NCBI RefSeq assembly: GCF_040938485.1
Contig: NW_027271682.1
Location: 3,658,001-3,722,000 of the forward strand
Source: Diadema antillarum
Lineage: Eukaryota
DNA: 64,000 nt
Direction of reading: 5' to 3'
The position numbers and the translations under genes are program-made. Each line of letters begins with the position of its first letter. Position 1 is the stretch's first letter. This document shows, piece by piece, positions 25,588 to 37,288 of the stretch. The notes under the pieces are model-generated. The model worked only from the letters and a program-made list of their open reading frames with translations. It had not been told where the DNA came from and made no database searches.

Positions 25588-28500
25588 CTAAACAATCATA
25601 TCGTTAAAATACGAGGACCAAGCTTCTTTTCAGCAGCGGCAGCAGCAGCAGTGTTCACAAGTGCAAACAAGACAACTGTAGAAAATTTGAATACTGCCCT
25701 CTTGTGTTGTGGTGTGTCAGTCGTCTTCCCTGGGCTCCCTCTCAACTTGTTCAGTTTGCCTAAGTGGAGTCAAAGTGTTAGGAAATGCCAGGTCCAGCAA
25801 ATGAAGATTCAGCCTTCAGAGGACCTCTCTGGGGGTAAAAGAGGGATGACTGCAACTTTGGTTGATGATCTATTAAACCTCTGCTCTAGTTCCAGTGCTG
25901 ATAGAGCCAAGTTTGTGCAGTTTTGTTGCAGTTATGCTGAGTGAAAAAAACAAAAAAACAAACAAAAACAAAGCATTGTTCATGGATGATTCTAGATGGT
26001 CCTGCTCCATCTCTGCAAATGGTGCCAAAAGTAAGATTTTTTAAAACTCAATTTTCCCACCTCCCCTCCCCCCTTCATTTAAAAGAGGGGGGGAACATTA
26101 AAAGGAAATTCTGGCAAATTGTATAGAGTTAGAGGATGTCAAAATGCCTCAGATTTGAAAAGAAATTGAAATAGGAAGAAGAAAAAGCAAATAATGCAGA
26201 TTTGAACCAAGTGTAACAAAATGTAACCAGACCCATAAACTTATTCAAGACTCAATTGTGGCTAGGTGAGTTCATTTGTTTGATATGATATCCTCAGTTA
26301 CTGTTCAAAAACCATGTGACCGTTACATCATTTTGCATTAAACTTTTCAATTTTTTTTTTTTTGCCTTTCTTGAGGTATCTCAAAGTTCTCTTTAGGGTG
26401 TATGGTGTAAGTCATCTTTTGAGAAATTGATTGAATTAGATAAGAGACTCTTTCATCTGGAATTTGATGATTCAAACTGTTGGTTTTCCAGTATGAATAG
26501 TAGAAATAAGGAGTATCATTTAAAAGATATACGTGGACAAGCCACCAACTTGCCCATTTGCAGGTGCGTATAGAATGTAATTTAAAATCGTTTACTGTTG
26601 TTCAGTCTTGAATCTTATTTCTTGCATCAAAGTTTTATCTTTCCAGACACTGCCATCAATCAAAGCATTCTAAATGTTGTAAATCATCCACTAAGCAACA
26701 ACGGTGACAGTAGCATTGATCAATTCTGCTCTTCGGTTGTCACCTTTTCCAAGGTGATGTGATATCTTTAGGTGACATGGATGTTTAGGCCATGGACTAA
26801 GAGCCAAGACTGTCATTAACTGAATTTCTTTCTTTTTCTCTTTCTCTTTTTTTTTCCCTCTCAATATGATGCCAGAAACAGCTTGACAAATCAAATTTGA
26901 ATCTTGCGCTGGGGTCAGACCATGTCTTGAAAATTGATTTGATAAAGGAGCTGGCATTGGCTAGCTAATTCAATTTACATACTTTCATGCTCAATATAAA
27001 GTGAAAAATGTTGCATTGTCACAGTTTTTGGGCAGGAATCTAGGGCTCCAAACTTTTTTTTTCCATTTTAACAGAATGCAAAGACAAAAAACAAAAACAA
27101 AACAACTTAATAATTTTGACATAAGAAGAGAGCAGAGATGCTTAAATATGGAAATGTAGAAGAAAGTTATGATATTGCTTTAATCGGCATTACAAGTTTT
27201 TACAGCATTAGAAAATTACTTTGGAAACACAGCTGGTACAAACAAATTGTGTGAGTATGCATTTTGAGGCAAAATATCTGTTTTTCACAAAATTAAATTT
27301 AAAGTCACACTGTATATTTTGACTTGCAATAGTTCTGTTGTGTAGTCTTCAGTATGCACTTTCCAACACAAGGGAGGCTGATCATGGCATTGATTTCTAC
27401 AAATGGTTCAATCCTTGTGAAGCAGAATTTTTAGTTTGCAGAGTCTGCTAATGATGTACCTGTGATCCTGTGAGAAAGTCGTTCTGTCGACAAAAATACT
27501 GAATCAAGGACTGGAAAACAGAATGGGAATTTCATGTAGACAGAAGAGTATAAAGATTCCCTTTGAAAGTTCAAGTGAGTTCATGCATACCTTGTGGATT
27601 TTCCCATTGAGTTTGGAAAGTAATACATTCCTAGGATATTCTGTGAAATGTGTGCAAAATCAACATGGGACATTCTGAGCCGATTTGACATTTCTAATAC
27701 TTCCGCACAATGCATCTTTGTCCGGGCATGAGGGAGAGATGGTCCGAGTTCGTCCGACCGACTGCATCAGAGATGGGTGTAGACAGCCCGGGAGTTGGAG
27801 GAGACAGTGCCTAGACTGTTGGGGTAGATTTTTGATCCTCACTCAAGTGGCGCCCCAGTTACAGGTGCCCATCTTTCTTCATTAGAAGAGGTGTGGAATG
27901 ATGAGGGGCTGAAAGATAGGGAGGGGGTGATGCTTAGGGGGGCAAGCAAGAGGGGGCGTGTGGAAGAGTAAAGTAGGGGGTGGCCCACAATGGCTTGCAT
28001 GTCTGTGGTATCTCCTGCGAAGCGCTTCGTGTAGGCCTCCTTTTTGAATCATTATGGTCATTAAGGGGAGTGGGGGGAACGTGTGGTGGTTGGGAGTGAA
28101 GGTTTCTTGTGAAAAAATTAGGTCAGGCCCCATTAAGGATTAAATGTAAGGGGCTCATCTACCTTGCTTTCTCAGGATTTAATCCTCTTCCAGGTGATGT
28201 TTTGAGGCTTTGAGTGGGTTGCAGAGGTGTATAATCAAGTTTAGAAGCCAGGGGGCTGTCACGGAATATATGTGACAGTCTCTCCTGAAGCCTGGGAAGA
28301 TAAGTATTAGCCAGCCCTCTGTGGCAAATCCACTTTAATGTCCAGGAAATGACAGCCAGTGTGAATGAAATTTGGCAACATTGCCAAATACGTTTGGACA
28401 GAATCATGTCTGTGTCAACTGGCAAAATTCTTTCTTTCTTTGTTATAGTGTTCAAATGTCCATTTTCTATCATGGGGTGTCACCATTACAGCGAAATAGA

Positions 28501-29315
28501 GTCACCAATATGATTTTCAGATTTCAATACTATGAAGTTTTTCAGACTCTAAACTTTTCCAGTGATGTGTAACACGTTCCACTTTATTTTTCAAAATGTA
28601 CTATTGAAACAGCAAGAAAGCACCTCACAAGATTAGCACACTTTTGAGAAAAGGAGATTATAAGTTTAGATGAATGCAGTCAAGCATACAGAAGATTAGT
28701 GTGTTGTAACAATGATTCAATTCATAACACAGTTAGGAAAATATTTCATTGAAAACAAAACATTTCACTTATCAAAGTTATCATAGATTCTACATTTCAG
28801 ACTGGAGATAGTTATTTTCATATCAAACTTTTTACTCGATTCACTAGAGGACAAGTGCCAAATTTCTTTATGTGTCAGTGAGATCACCTTTTTTTTACCT
28901 TTTTTTAAAAACAGATTTGTGAGGTTTATGTGTCTGTCACTCTATTCATCCAGAGTACATGTATACACTGGCCTGAGTAACCACCAAACCTACAAAAGAT
29001 TACTTTATAGATTTTTATTTGTGTGTGTGTGTGTGTAACACACAATATTCTGTCTGTCTCTGTGTGTCCACAATTTTTCATGACTGAAAGGGTTGGCTGC
29101 TCCAGAAATGATAGGGTGTACCCTCTTCAAGAAACCTGCTGGTTATGCTTCCGTTCAATATTTTCTACCCTACGGGATGAGAAATTGGGGGAAAAAGAGT
29201 AATGAGTCACCCATTAATTAAGGGAATATGTGTTTGGCTTGGAGTGGATGACAAGACTGCTAGCATAGGCCCATTCTCATTGTAAAATATACTTAAGTTA
29301 ATAATGCACATTGCC

Positions 29316-29408
29316 TTAACCTGTAAAGGACAGGCTGATTTTGTTACAATACGCATTTCCCATAGACACCTGCTCGAGTATACTCAGGACTTGTCTTCAA
29401 CGGGTTAT
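29316..29408 (+). mobile_element. 85-bp piggyBac-like MITE, copy 6
   Basis: TTAA cctgtaaaggac...gtcttcaacggg TTAT; family core present. Confidence 0.8.
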
Positions 29409-30773
29409 GGGGGGGGGGGGGGGGAGGGTCACATGATAAAAATCATGATTTATATTTTTTGTTTTATTTTTTTCAGTGAGCATTCTCATTCTTGTTGTAC
29501 ATTATGACAGCAAACTTCCACGAACCAAAAGTGGAAAAATCACACTCCAGTTTTTCAGATGCCTTTTGACCCAGTTTCTCATTTGATATCGCAATATTCT
29601 TCTGGGAACATGTATGGCTCTCTGGATAGACTGATGTTGTTGAGGTCTCTTTGGGGGGATAAACGGAAATCGGACATTTGTGTCTGAAGGAAACAAATGC
29701 TTTTCCTCTTTGCATTGTTTTTATCAGCAGGGGACTGGGCATCCATGCTCAGATCAGGTTATTTGTATACAATATTAACACTTTGTTCACCAAACAACTT
29801 ACATGTAAGATGAAAAGAGTGGGTACCTTTTTACCTTCTTGACATAATCATTAATATTGATCAGAAGAAGATTTTCTGCAATCTCACAGAGGCACCCCTC
29901 AAGAAAGGTGTACTAGAAAGTTGATAAAGTGGATAATTAGCCTGTGAAAGCCTACCAAGTTAAAGTGAATCCTTTTTAGCTGCACTGTGAAGTGAAAGAG
30001 GAGATTCCAGTCAACAGTAGCCTAGTAGCCTGAACCAAGTGAGAGTGAATGACTTAGTCAAGAACATCGCATTTGTCAAGGTTTTGGCTTCTTGTATTCA
30101 TTTCCATTATGATCCCTATCTAGTCTACCAACTTCACTGATATCCCATCATGCTTTGCACATCGCCAAAACTCCATCCCCATCTTTGTTTTTCTTCCTCA
30201 CTTGTAAATATCGCGATTCCTGACGTTAATTGCTTCAGCTAGCTCGGGCACGGAGAGGTCGAGTGGATAAAGGTACCCAGTCGAGAACCTGCCAGCACCC
30301 CCAAAAAAGTAATTAGAAAGCGAGAGTTGGTGAAAATTTGTGCAGCTAACATGCTGGAATGTTTTGGGATTTTGTTGCTCGCAGTTCAACTTCCAGGTAC
30401 AAACCTGAATTCTCTATAAAACGAGAAGGAAAAAAAAAAGGAATGAGAGAAAGAGAAGGAGAAGGAGAGAAAAAGGGAGGAGTAAGAGATGGAAAGGTAG
30501 GGAGGGACGGGAGAGAATTCTGCCTCATTAGCAAGCTGTCACCATCAACCAGTATCACTGGAACATTTGGTTTGTATTTTGCCGGAAATACGAAAAGGTC
30601 AGTTGCACTGTACTTTCACTTCAAAGCTGACCTGATGAAGCCACATAGCACCAAATTTTGAATTTTTTAATGCAAGATTTTCTACTAGTGGACTGAAACA
30701 AGCAGGAATATATCAACATCCGATGGGGAAAAAGTATACAATCATATGAGTTAAGTACACTCATATGAAGATG

Positions 30774-30866
30774 TTAACCCGTTGAGGACGGTTTGATTTT
30801 GCTACAACGCGCATTTCCCATAGACACCTGCCCGAGTATACTTGGGACTCGTCCTCAACGGGTTAA
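30774..30866 (+). mobile_element. 85-bp piggyBac-like MITE, copy 7 (near consensus)
   Basis: Perfect 13-bp TIRs CCCGTTGAGGACG / CGTCCTCAACGGG with TTAA target site duplication. Confidence 0.9.
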
Positions 30867-30957
30867 ACTACTGAAAAGTCATTCCTACAAATACAAACAC
30901 ACACACAAAGTAATACTCTATGCTAGGATCACTGACAACTAGGATAAAGTTTCAAAC

Positions 30958-31196
30958 GGCCTGACGGGTCTAGGGCAATTACCCCCTGGGCAATTACCCC
31001 GGACCCTTCCCCTGGCCCTAATCCTAATCCTAATCCTGAACCTAATCCTAATGCTAACCCAAACTCCTAACCCTAACCCTAACCCTAACCCTAACCCTAA
31101 TCTTTACTCTAACATTACCACTAACCAGTATTTAGCGGGGGGGGGGGGGGGGGGGTAATTGCCCTCTGGGGGTAATTGCCCGGATACGGGCCTGAC
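30958..31196. mobile_element. About 225-bp MITE carrying telomere-like (CCCTAA)n repeats
   Basis: Subterminal inverted repeats GGGCAATTACCCC (twice) and GGGGTAATTGCCC (twice); degenerate ATCCTA/CCCTAA array with perfect (CCCTAA)5 at 31071-31100; direct flanking repeat GGCCTGA(C) at 30958 and 31189. Confidence 0.8.
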
Positions 31197-33359
31197 CTAT
31201 GGCTTGTTCTACATAGCAACAGCTGATTCATATGGATTGGAGTGCAGATATTGAATGAAAAGCTCATTACTTGGTCCTCTCAGTAGAAGGGACAAAAAAT
31301 TCTATAGAGTTAAGTATACCAGTAAACCAGGCTTTACTATGACTGTACTTGTTTTCTGTGTCATGAGGATGTGTATGAGCATTTTGAAAAACCATTCGGT
31401 GCCAGGGAAATTGGACAATGTATGCAACGCTATGGACTTTTCTGTTTCAGTTGGCACTCAAAGCACCCAAAGAGTTGAAATTGTGACAACAAAGGCAAGG
31501 ATAAACCCTGCCCTTGATCAAGAGCTAGATGTTTTCATTTTATAGGTATATGGAAGCTGATGGCTCAAGTAATTCAGACATGCTTGTGTCATTCCACAGA
31601 ACAAAGCATCAATGCACTATGCTGTTATGATATGTATCTGATGATTTATATAAACTTTTGTCATTCGAGTTCAACTTAGCAAATCATTAAATAACTCCCT
31701 AAGCTGGTAGAGTGTTTGTATTAGTCTTCTTACCATGATGACTGATTGCAAATTATTGTCGATAATGATGACAAGTTTTAATATATGGTAATAATGTATT
31801 TTACTGTATCATTTGTCTTCACTGTATGTTTATAAATGTAATCATGTTCAGCAAGTCATGGCTTCTAACAGAAAAAAAAAATGTTGTTTATCATTCAGTT
31901 GCTTTTGTGAGATTGGAACTTATTTGCTGGATGTCCTGATGTAGACCTATAACATTGAAATGGTAATCAAGCTTTACACGCAAGATTCCATGTGTTCAGA
32001 CTTTTAGGTAACTGCTTTATACCAAATACAATGTGACTTATTGTGGAAGTAGGAGGACTCAAGGAGTACCCCTTCCATTGCTCTGAAACTCACCAGCGAT
32101 GATGAGGAGAAGGTGTTTTGTGTTACATCCTCTCCTCCAAGTATAAGGGGAAGGGGTTCAGCATGGTGGGATTAGGTGAGGACAGAGAAGCCCATACAAG
32201 GCAGTGACCCTGGATGGAAGAAGAGACGGGTCGCTCCCAATCAGGGCAGCTGTACATTTCAGTTCCACGGCAACGCATCTTTGATGCAACCATGTGATGG
32301 AAACTAGTCTCTACATCAGGGAAAATGCATGACTACCTTTTTTTTTGCAAGAGTTGTGCTTTGTTTTGGCCTTCTCTCTCTGTGAGCATGCATGTATACA
32401 CAGTTTTCTCCAGTCTAGGTATCCACACATTTAGCTGTGAATTTATTTATTCATCTATTCAATTATCTATCCATCTACATATTTGTATATCTATCTTTCT
32501 ATCTATCTACTTATCTACCTATCTATTTGTTTATTGTTGTTCCTGTCAATCTATTACTTGTTTGTATATAGTTGTAGTATCATTATTAATGTTATTATTA
32601 GAATTATTTATTTGGTAAAAACTTGCAAAATTGTAGCCCAAAGGCTGAAATACTGCATAAGTGAGTGAAATACATAAATAAAATACATACAAATGAAAAA
32701 AATCTCCCTACCTACCTACCTGCTGACCCAGTGGTAGTCTATCTGTATTCCCACTTTTTGTGTTTTTCTAACCATATCATTACTAAATACTATCTCTTTG
32801 CAATACATATTCAGGAGAAGATTATTTGTATCTATGTAACTCTCCATCTCTGTTTGATATAGAATACAACAGAATCATTTTCGTCTTTTCTGCTGTCTGT
32901 CTCAGACCAAAGATTATCAAATGCTTTTATTTTTTCCCATTGTTCTGTTTTTCTACTTAAGTCAAAGTTAGCAGTCCTGAGTTGTCAATAAGATGCTTTT
33001 TTTTCCAACTTTCCCATGTGAATGAGTAGCTTCTTTGGAAGAAAATCATTAAGCCTGAGTATAGACTAGCCGTTCCTGACAGATCACTTATTCCAAGAAG
33101 GTCTAATAATTCATATCTCCCCTGAGGTAGGACCCTGAATGCAAGCAATGATTATGTTACTGTAGCTCAACAAGATGATTTCACACTCATCCATCAATCA
33201 GAGTTTTCACTGTTTATTTGGAAGAAGTGAGGCCTGGTGTGATATCCTTTAATCTCAATATACATTGTGCCATTTGTATTTATATCCATGAAGGATCTAC
33301 CTCCCCCTCCCTCTCTTTCTCTCTCTCTCTATTACCCCAACTCTTTTTTTCTCTCGCTA

Positions 33360-33369
<10 letters not shown>

Positions 33370-33404
<35 letters not shown>
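33370..33404. repeat. (CT)n microsatellite
   Basis: Directly visible. Confidence 0.92.
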
Positions 33405-33410
<6 letters not shown>

Positions 33411-33583
33411 ATATATCTATCTCTCTTTTCATTTGTCTATTCATTTATCTGGCACTCAGTTAAATTGATATGCAGAAATGTTTTTACTTTATTTCTTTAT
33501 CCTATTTAGTTACTTCTATTTCAGTATGTTTTTGCAGTGCCCATTGAGGTCTGTAGGAACGTGTATTAGAAAGTATATTAAAG

Positions 33584-33794
33584 TACTGTAAAACGAGTAA
33601 TTTTCGCGTGCACTTTAATTTCACGAATTTCGTGAGCGCCAAGATTCGCGAAATTAAGATGCACGCGAAAGTCCTTGTTTACGCTATTTGCATTGAACGC
33701 CAGTGGCACTTCGCGAAAATTTCGTGCCACGAAAAAGGCTGTCGGTTCCAATTCGCGAAAAATTCATGCCGCGAATATATCATGTTTTACAGTA
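33584..33794 (+). mobile_element. TA-target MITE, copy 2
   Basis: Colinear with 12605-12798; same TIRs. Confidence 0.85.
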
Positions 33795-36700
33795 TGGTGC
33801 ATGAAATAAGCGGGGGGAAAAAATGAATATGCTTATTCAAACACTTCTTCATTGGCAATTATCAACCCCCGAGCAGTGACGGCAAATGCTGTTCTGAGAG
33901 TGGTCACTTTTTAGTCAGGGAACTTGCTCTTTGTTTGGTCAGATTATCATTTATTATAAAAGTCTACAAATATTTTGGCATGATAAACTTCATTCTGTGG
34001 TGGTCAGCTGTTTCTATGTTGATCCCGCCTGTCATAAAAGCTTAGAGCTTTGATTGATATAAAAATACTTTGTTTACATCTCTTTATTGCTCACATAACA
34101 AGATTCTGTCCATCCTCTTTCTTTCTCTCTTTACTATCTTTATGGGGATGACAGCGGGCATCATGTCATATCTATAAATGACTTGTGATGTCAGCTGCTA
34201 AATATCTCTAAGCCTTTGTTTATCCAATGAGTTAAATGTTTCCAATGCCAAATATTCTTATTCCCCAAAGCCACTGTTTTCTGAAGTTGCAGCAAGTGAG
34301 AAAGAGATTATTTCCCACTCACCGACATTTCAGTCCCTTGCATTATCATTCGCCAAAGTGAGAAAAAAAAGTACTCAGCCAGTAATGGGCTGATTTGTTC
34401 ATACAATCTAATCAATTATGAACAGTGAGAATAAATGTGAGTATTCACAAACATTGTATCTAAAGTTTTCAATTGTGATTGTAACATGTTAAAGACTAGA
34501 AGACTTCAGGGTTTTTTTCAGTATTTAAAACATACTTCTGCATAGACTTTCTGCTAAATAGGTCACTTCTAGTTCTATCCAATGTTACTTCAGTTTTAGC
34601 GAATGGAGTCGATGTCTGTCAGGCATAGCAGAGATGAGATGCAAGACAATACTGTACAGGAGAATGATAGTGAAATCAGTTACACATGTCCTGCAAGAAA
34701 GATACTGTGTTGGAGTCCTAAGGGAGAAGTGATCACTTTTTCATTAGAACAGAGTGCTTGTTTTGATAAATATTATGAGCCAGTGATGAGGGGGTAATTG
34801 AAAAAAAAAAAAACCAAATCAGACAATACTTACTGGAAAGAACAAAATTACACTCATACTGTTCTAGGTAAAAGTCTTCAGGCCAATTTCATAAATAAGA
34901 ACATACTAGTTGACTGTTGATAGTATTTCTTACTCTAAATGTGCACAGAGCAAATCACCCCCATTTTGAAATGTTAGTAGCCCAAACAGGCAAGCGAGAT
35001 GATTGGATGGAGCTTTTCTTGTTTATGAATAGTCATGAGGAGGCTCCCTTTCATGCTTATTTTGCAAAATGTGGTTGGTGGAATGACTCATGAATAATTC
35101 ATGACAAAGTGGTGCCAAGTCGTTGTCCTGTGACTGCTTCTCATTGCTCTGTGATTGAACTTTGTACTGTGGTGCATGCTCTTGTTACTGGTCACGTTGT
35201 TTGAAATGCTTCTTTAGCACACATCAAACTTGGATTAGTTCCATTATGGGCTGTGGGGGTACTCACAAATATGAAATATACAATGACCAAGTTACCTTCT
35301 GCTTCTTTTCTTTCCTCGTGGAGTTTCAGAGGGGAAAATCATTTGTATCTGCCAAGTACTTCTTGGCACCACCCCAAGAAAATTGAGCAAATATGCCAAT
35401 AACACTAGCTGAGAGCAAAGTGTATTTGCAGCTCAAGATTTCTTTGTGTTCTTGTGAGGTTGTATAAATTGGGTCTTTGAGCACATGTGAATCTTATTTA
35501 AATGTAGGCTCCTTCTTCTTATCATCATCAAATTTTTTCAGCTGTCCGGCCAGGGAAGCATTATCTTTAATTCAGTGACTTCTCTCGCTCTTTTTTCTTC
35601 TTCTTCTTCTTCTTCATCTCCTGCTTACTGGCAGTGACACTGGTATTGTGTGAAGATGAAAACTTTTTCATTTACCGTTGTAGTATCACCCAGAGCATAT
35701 ATTTGCTTTCTCATGGGACGGGCTCTGCCAGTTCGAAGCTGAACTTGTTTGCTTGCAGGCAAGTCATGGAGTCCTTGAGCTAGCATGCTAGCACTAGCAC
35801 TGGCTGTTTAGCGTCTCAGTAGCGACTTGGTGGCGATGTTTCACTGGTGGTAGATGCTCCGGACACCTCACAGGGCAGTAAGAGGAGACAGATGTGGGCA
35901 GGATCTCTGTTGTTCATCTCAGTAGAGCATCTATAGGTTCCTGCTGTGACTCCAGAGCCTGTATTCTTGTCGCTAACAGAGAGCTTGGCTCCACTAGGAG
36001 CGGTGGCAGCATCCGAGGGTTGACTCGTGAGCAACTGGTCCCTCATCTCCATCTCCCCTCTCTCACTTTACTCTAACCCTGTCTCTCTCATTTTCTCCTC
36101 TTCCTCTCACCCTTACCTTCCTTCCTTGCCCTCTCATCCTCCATCTCGTCACTCGACCCCATCACATCTGCCGGACCGTGTTCTCTTCGAGTTTTGCTCC
36201 TCCCACCCGGGAGTGGATGTTGAAGTGAGGACAGAGAGGTTATGTTGGATGTTGTTCATTTAAGAGGAAATTGAAATCCGCCCTACTCACCATTTCCTCT
36301 GCAGTGGCAAGAGTATATTAGGCATTGAAGACGCAATGAGTATGGCTCTTGGGTCCTGCCAAGACCCCTGATTAAACGCTCCTAAGCAAAAAATTTTTGG
36401 TCTTGCTAATCAGGAGGTCTCGTGTGTACTCGGAACAGCCACGAGGAATGTCGGTGGAATTAGTGTTTGAAGATTCCATGGAAGAAACCTCTTATGAACT
36501 TTTCAAGACTTTCAGTGTGGCATCAACATTAATCCTCCTCAAGTCAAGCCTTGAATTACTGAAGACACCAAGGGTGATACCTACACTTTGGAGCAATAAG
36601 TGTTAGGTGGAAATCAGGTGGCATTGCCAGTTACAACGTGCTAGAGCCTCACATCTTTCTTTCTGCCACACAAAAAACAACAACGACAATTTGAGTTACC

Positions 36701-36857
36701 ATGGCAATTGTGATGAGTAGGAGGAGAGTGATTTTGCTAGCCTGCATCTACCTCTTGTTGGACTTCTCCCCGGCAGAAGGTAGTGGGAATAGAATGACCC
36801 TTCCAAGGTGGATGAGGAACATGATTCCTCAGTACAGATCTCCAAAAGCAGACAGAC
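36701..36857 (+). CDS. Candidate alternative first coding exon with signal peptide (short isoform), or first exon of a nested secreted-protein gene
   Basis: Kozak ACCATGG. MAIVMSRRRVILLACIYLLLDFSPAEG has a basic n-region, hydrophobic h-region and an A-x-G cleavage motif, followed by SGNRMTLPRWMRNMIPQYRSPKADR. Ends with the donor AC|GTAAGT at 36858 in phase 1 (157 nt = 52 codons + 1). Confidence 0.65.
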
Positions 36858-36927
36858 GTAAGTTGGATTTCGCTTTGCTTTTATTTTCATAAATAATCTT
36901 TGTGTGGTAAGTGTGATAATAGTATTT

Positions 36928-37288
36928 TGTTGTTGTTGTTGTTGTTGTTCATTTTCCATCTGTGAAGATGGCTGGATAGCCCATATTCAGCTACACTAAG
37001 CTGGTCTTCCATGGGGTCCAGTTTGATGTGGGGTGGGACCACTTCACCGGGTTAGACACCCTGCTCTTTGCGATGAATGAATGAAGCGGGATCTTTTACG
37101 TGCATGAGCTGTGACTCTCTCATACACGGGACCTCCATTTTATGTCCTATCCGAGGGACAGAGTGTTTTGCCTCTTGCTAGAGGGGATGGTATGTTTACA
37201 CACAACATTGCTCAGTCCAGACTCGGGTTCGAACGCGGGCCGCGTGATCGTGAGGCAGACGCACTACCGACTGAGCCAACTCACCGCC
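36928..37288 (-). mobile_element. Full-length tRNA-derived SINE with Nin/Deu core domain and (AAC)n tail
   Basis: Minus strand: GGCGGTGAGT, A box TGGCTCAGTCGG, B box GTTCGAACCC, core CTCGGATAGGACATAAAATGGAGGTCCC...AAAAGATCCC...CGCAAAGAGCAGGGTGTCTAACCCGGTG resembling the Deu/Nin consensus as recalled, tail (CAA)n. Confidence 0.85.

Noticed and set aside
31021-31100. Chromosome end or telomere fusion relic
   Set aside because: A short array enclosed by inverted repeats and a target-site duplication, so it is MITE cargo.
37215-37288. tRNA gene
   Set aside because: It has A and B boxes but no complete cloverleaf, and it continues into a SINE core and simple-repeat tail.
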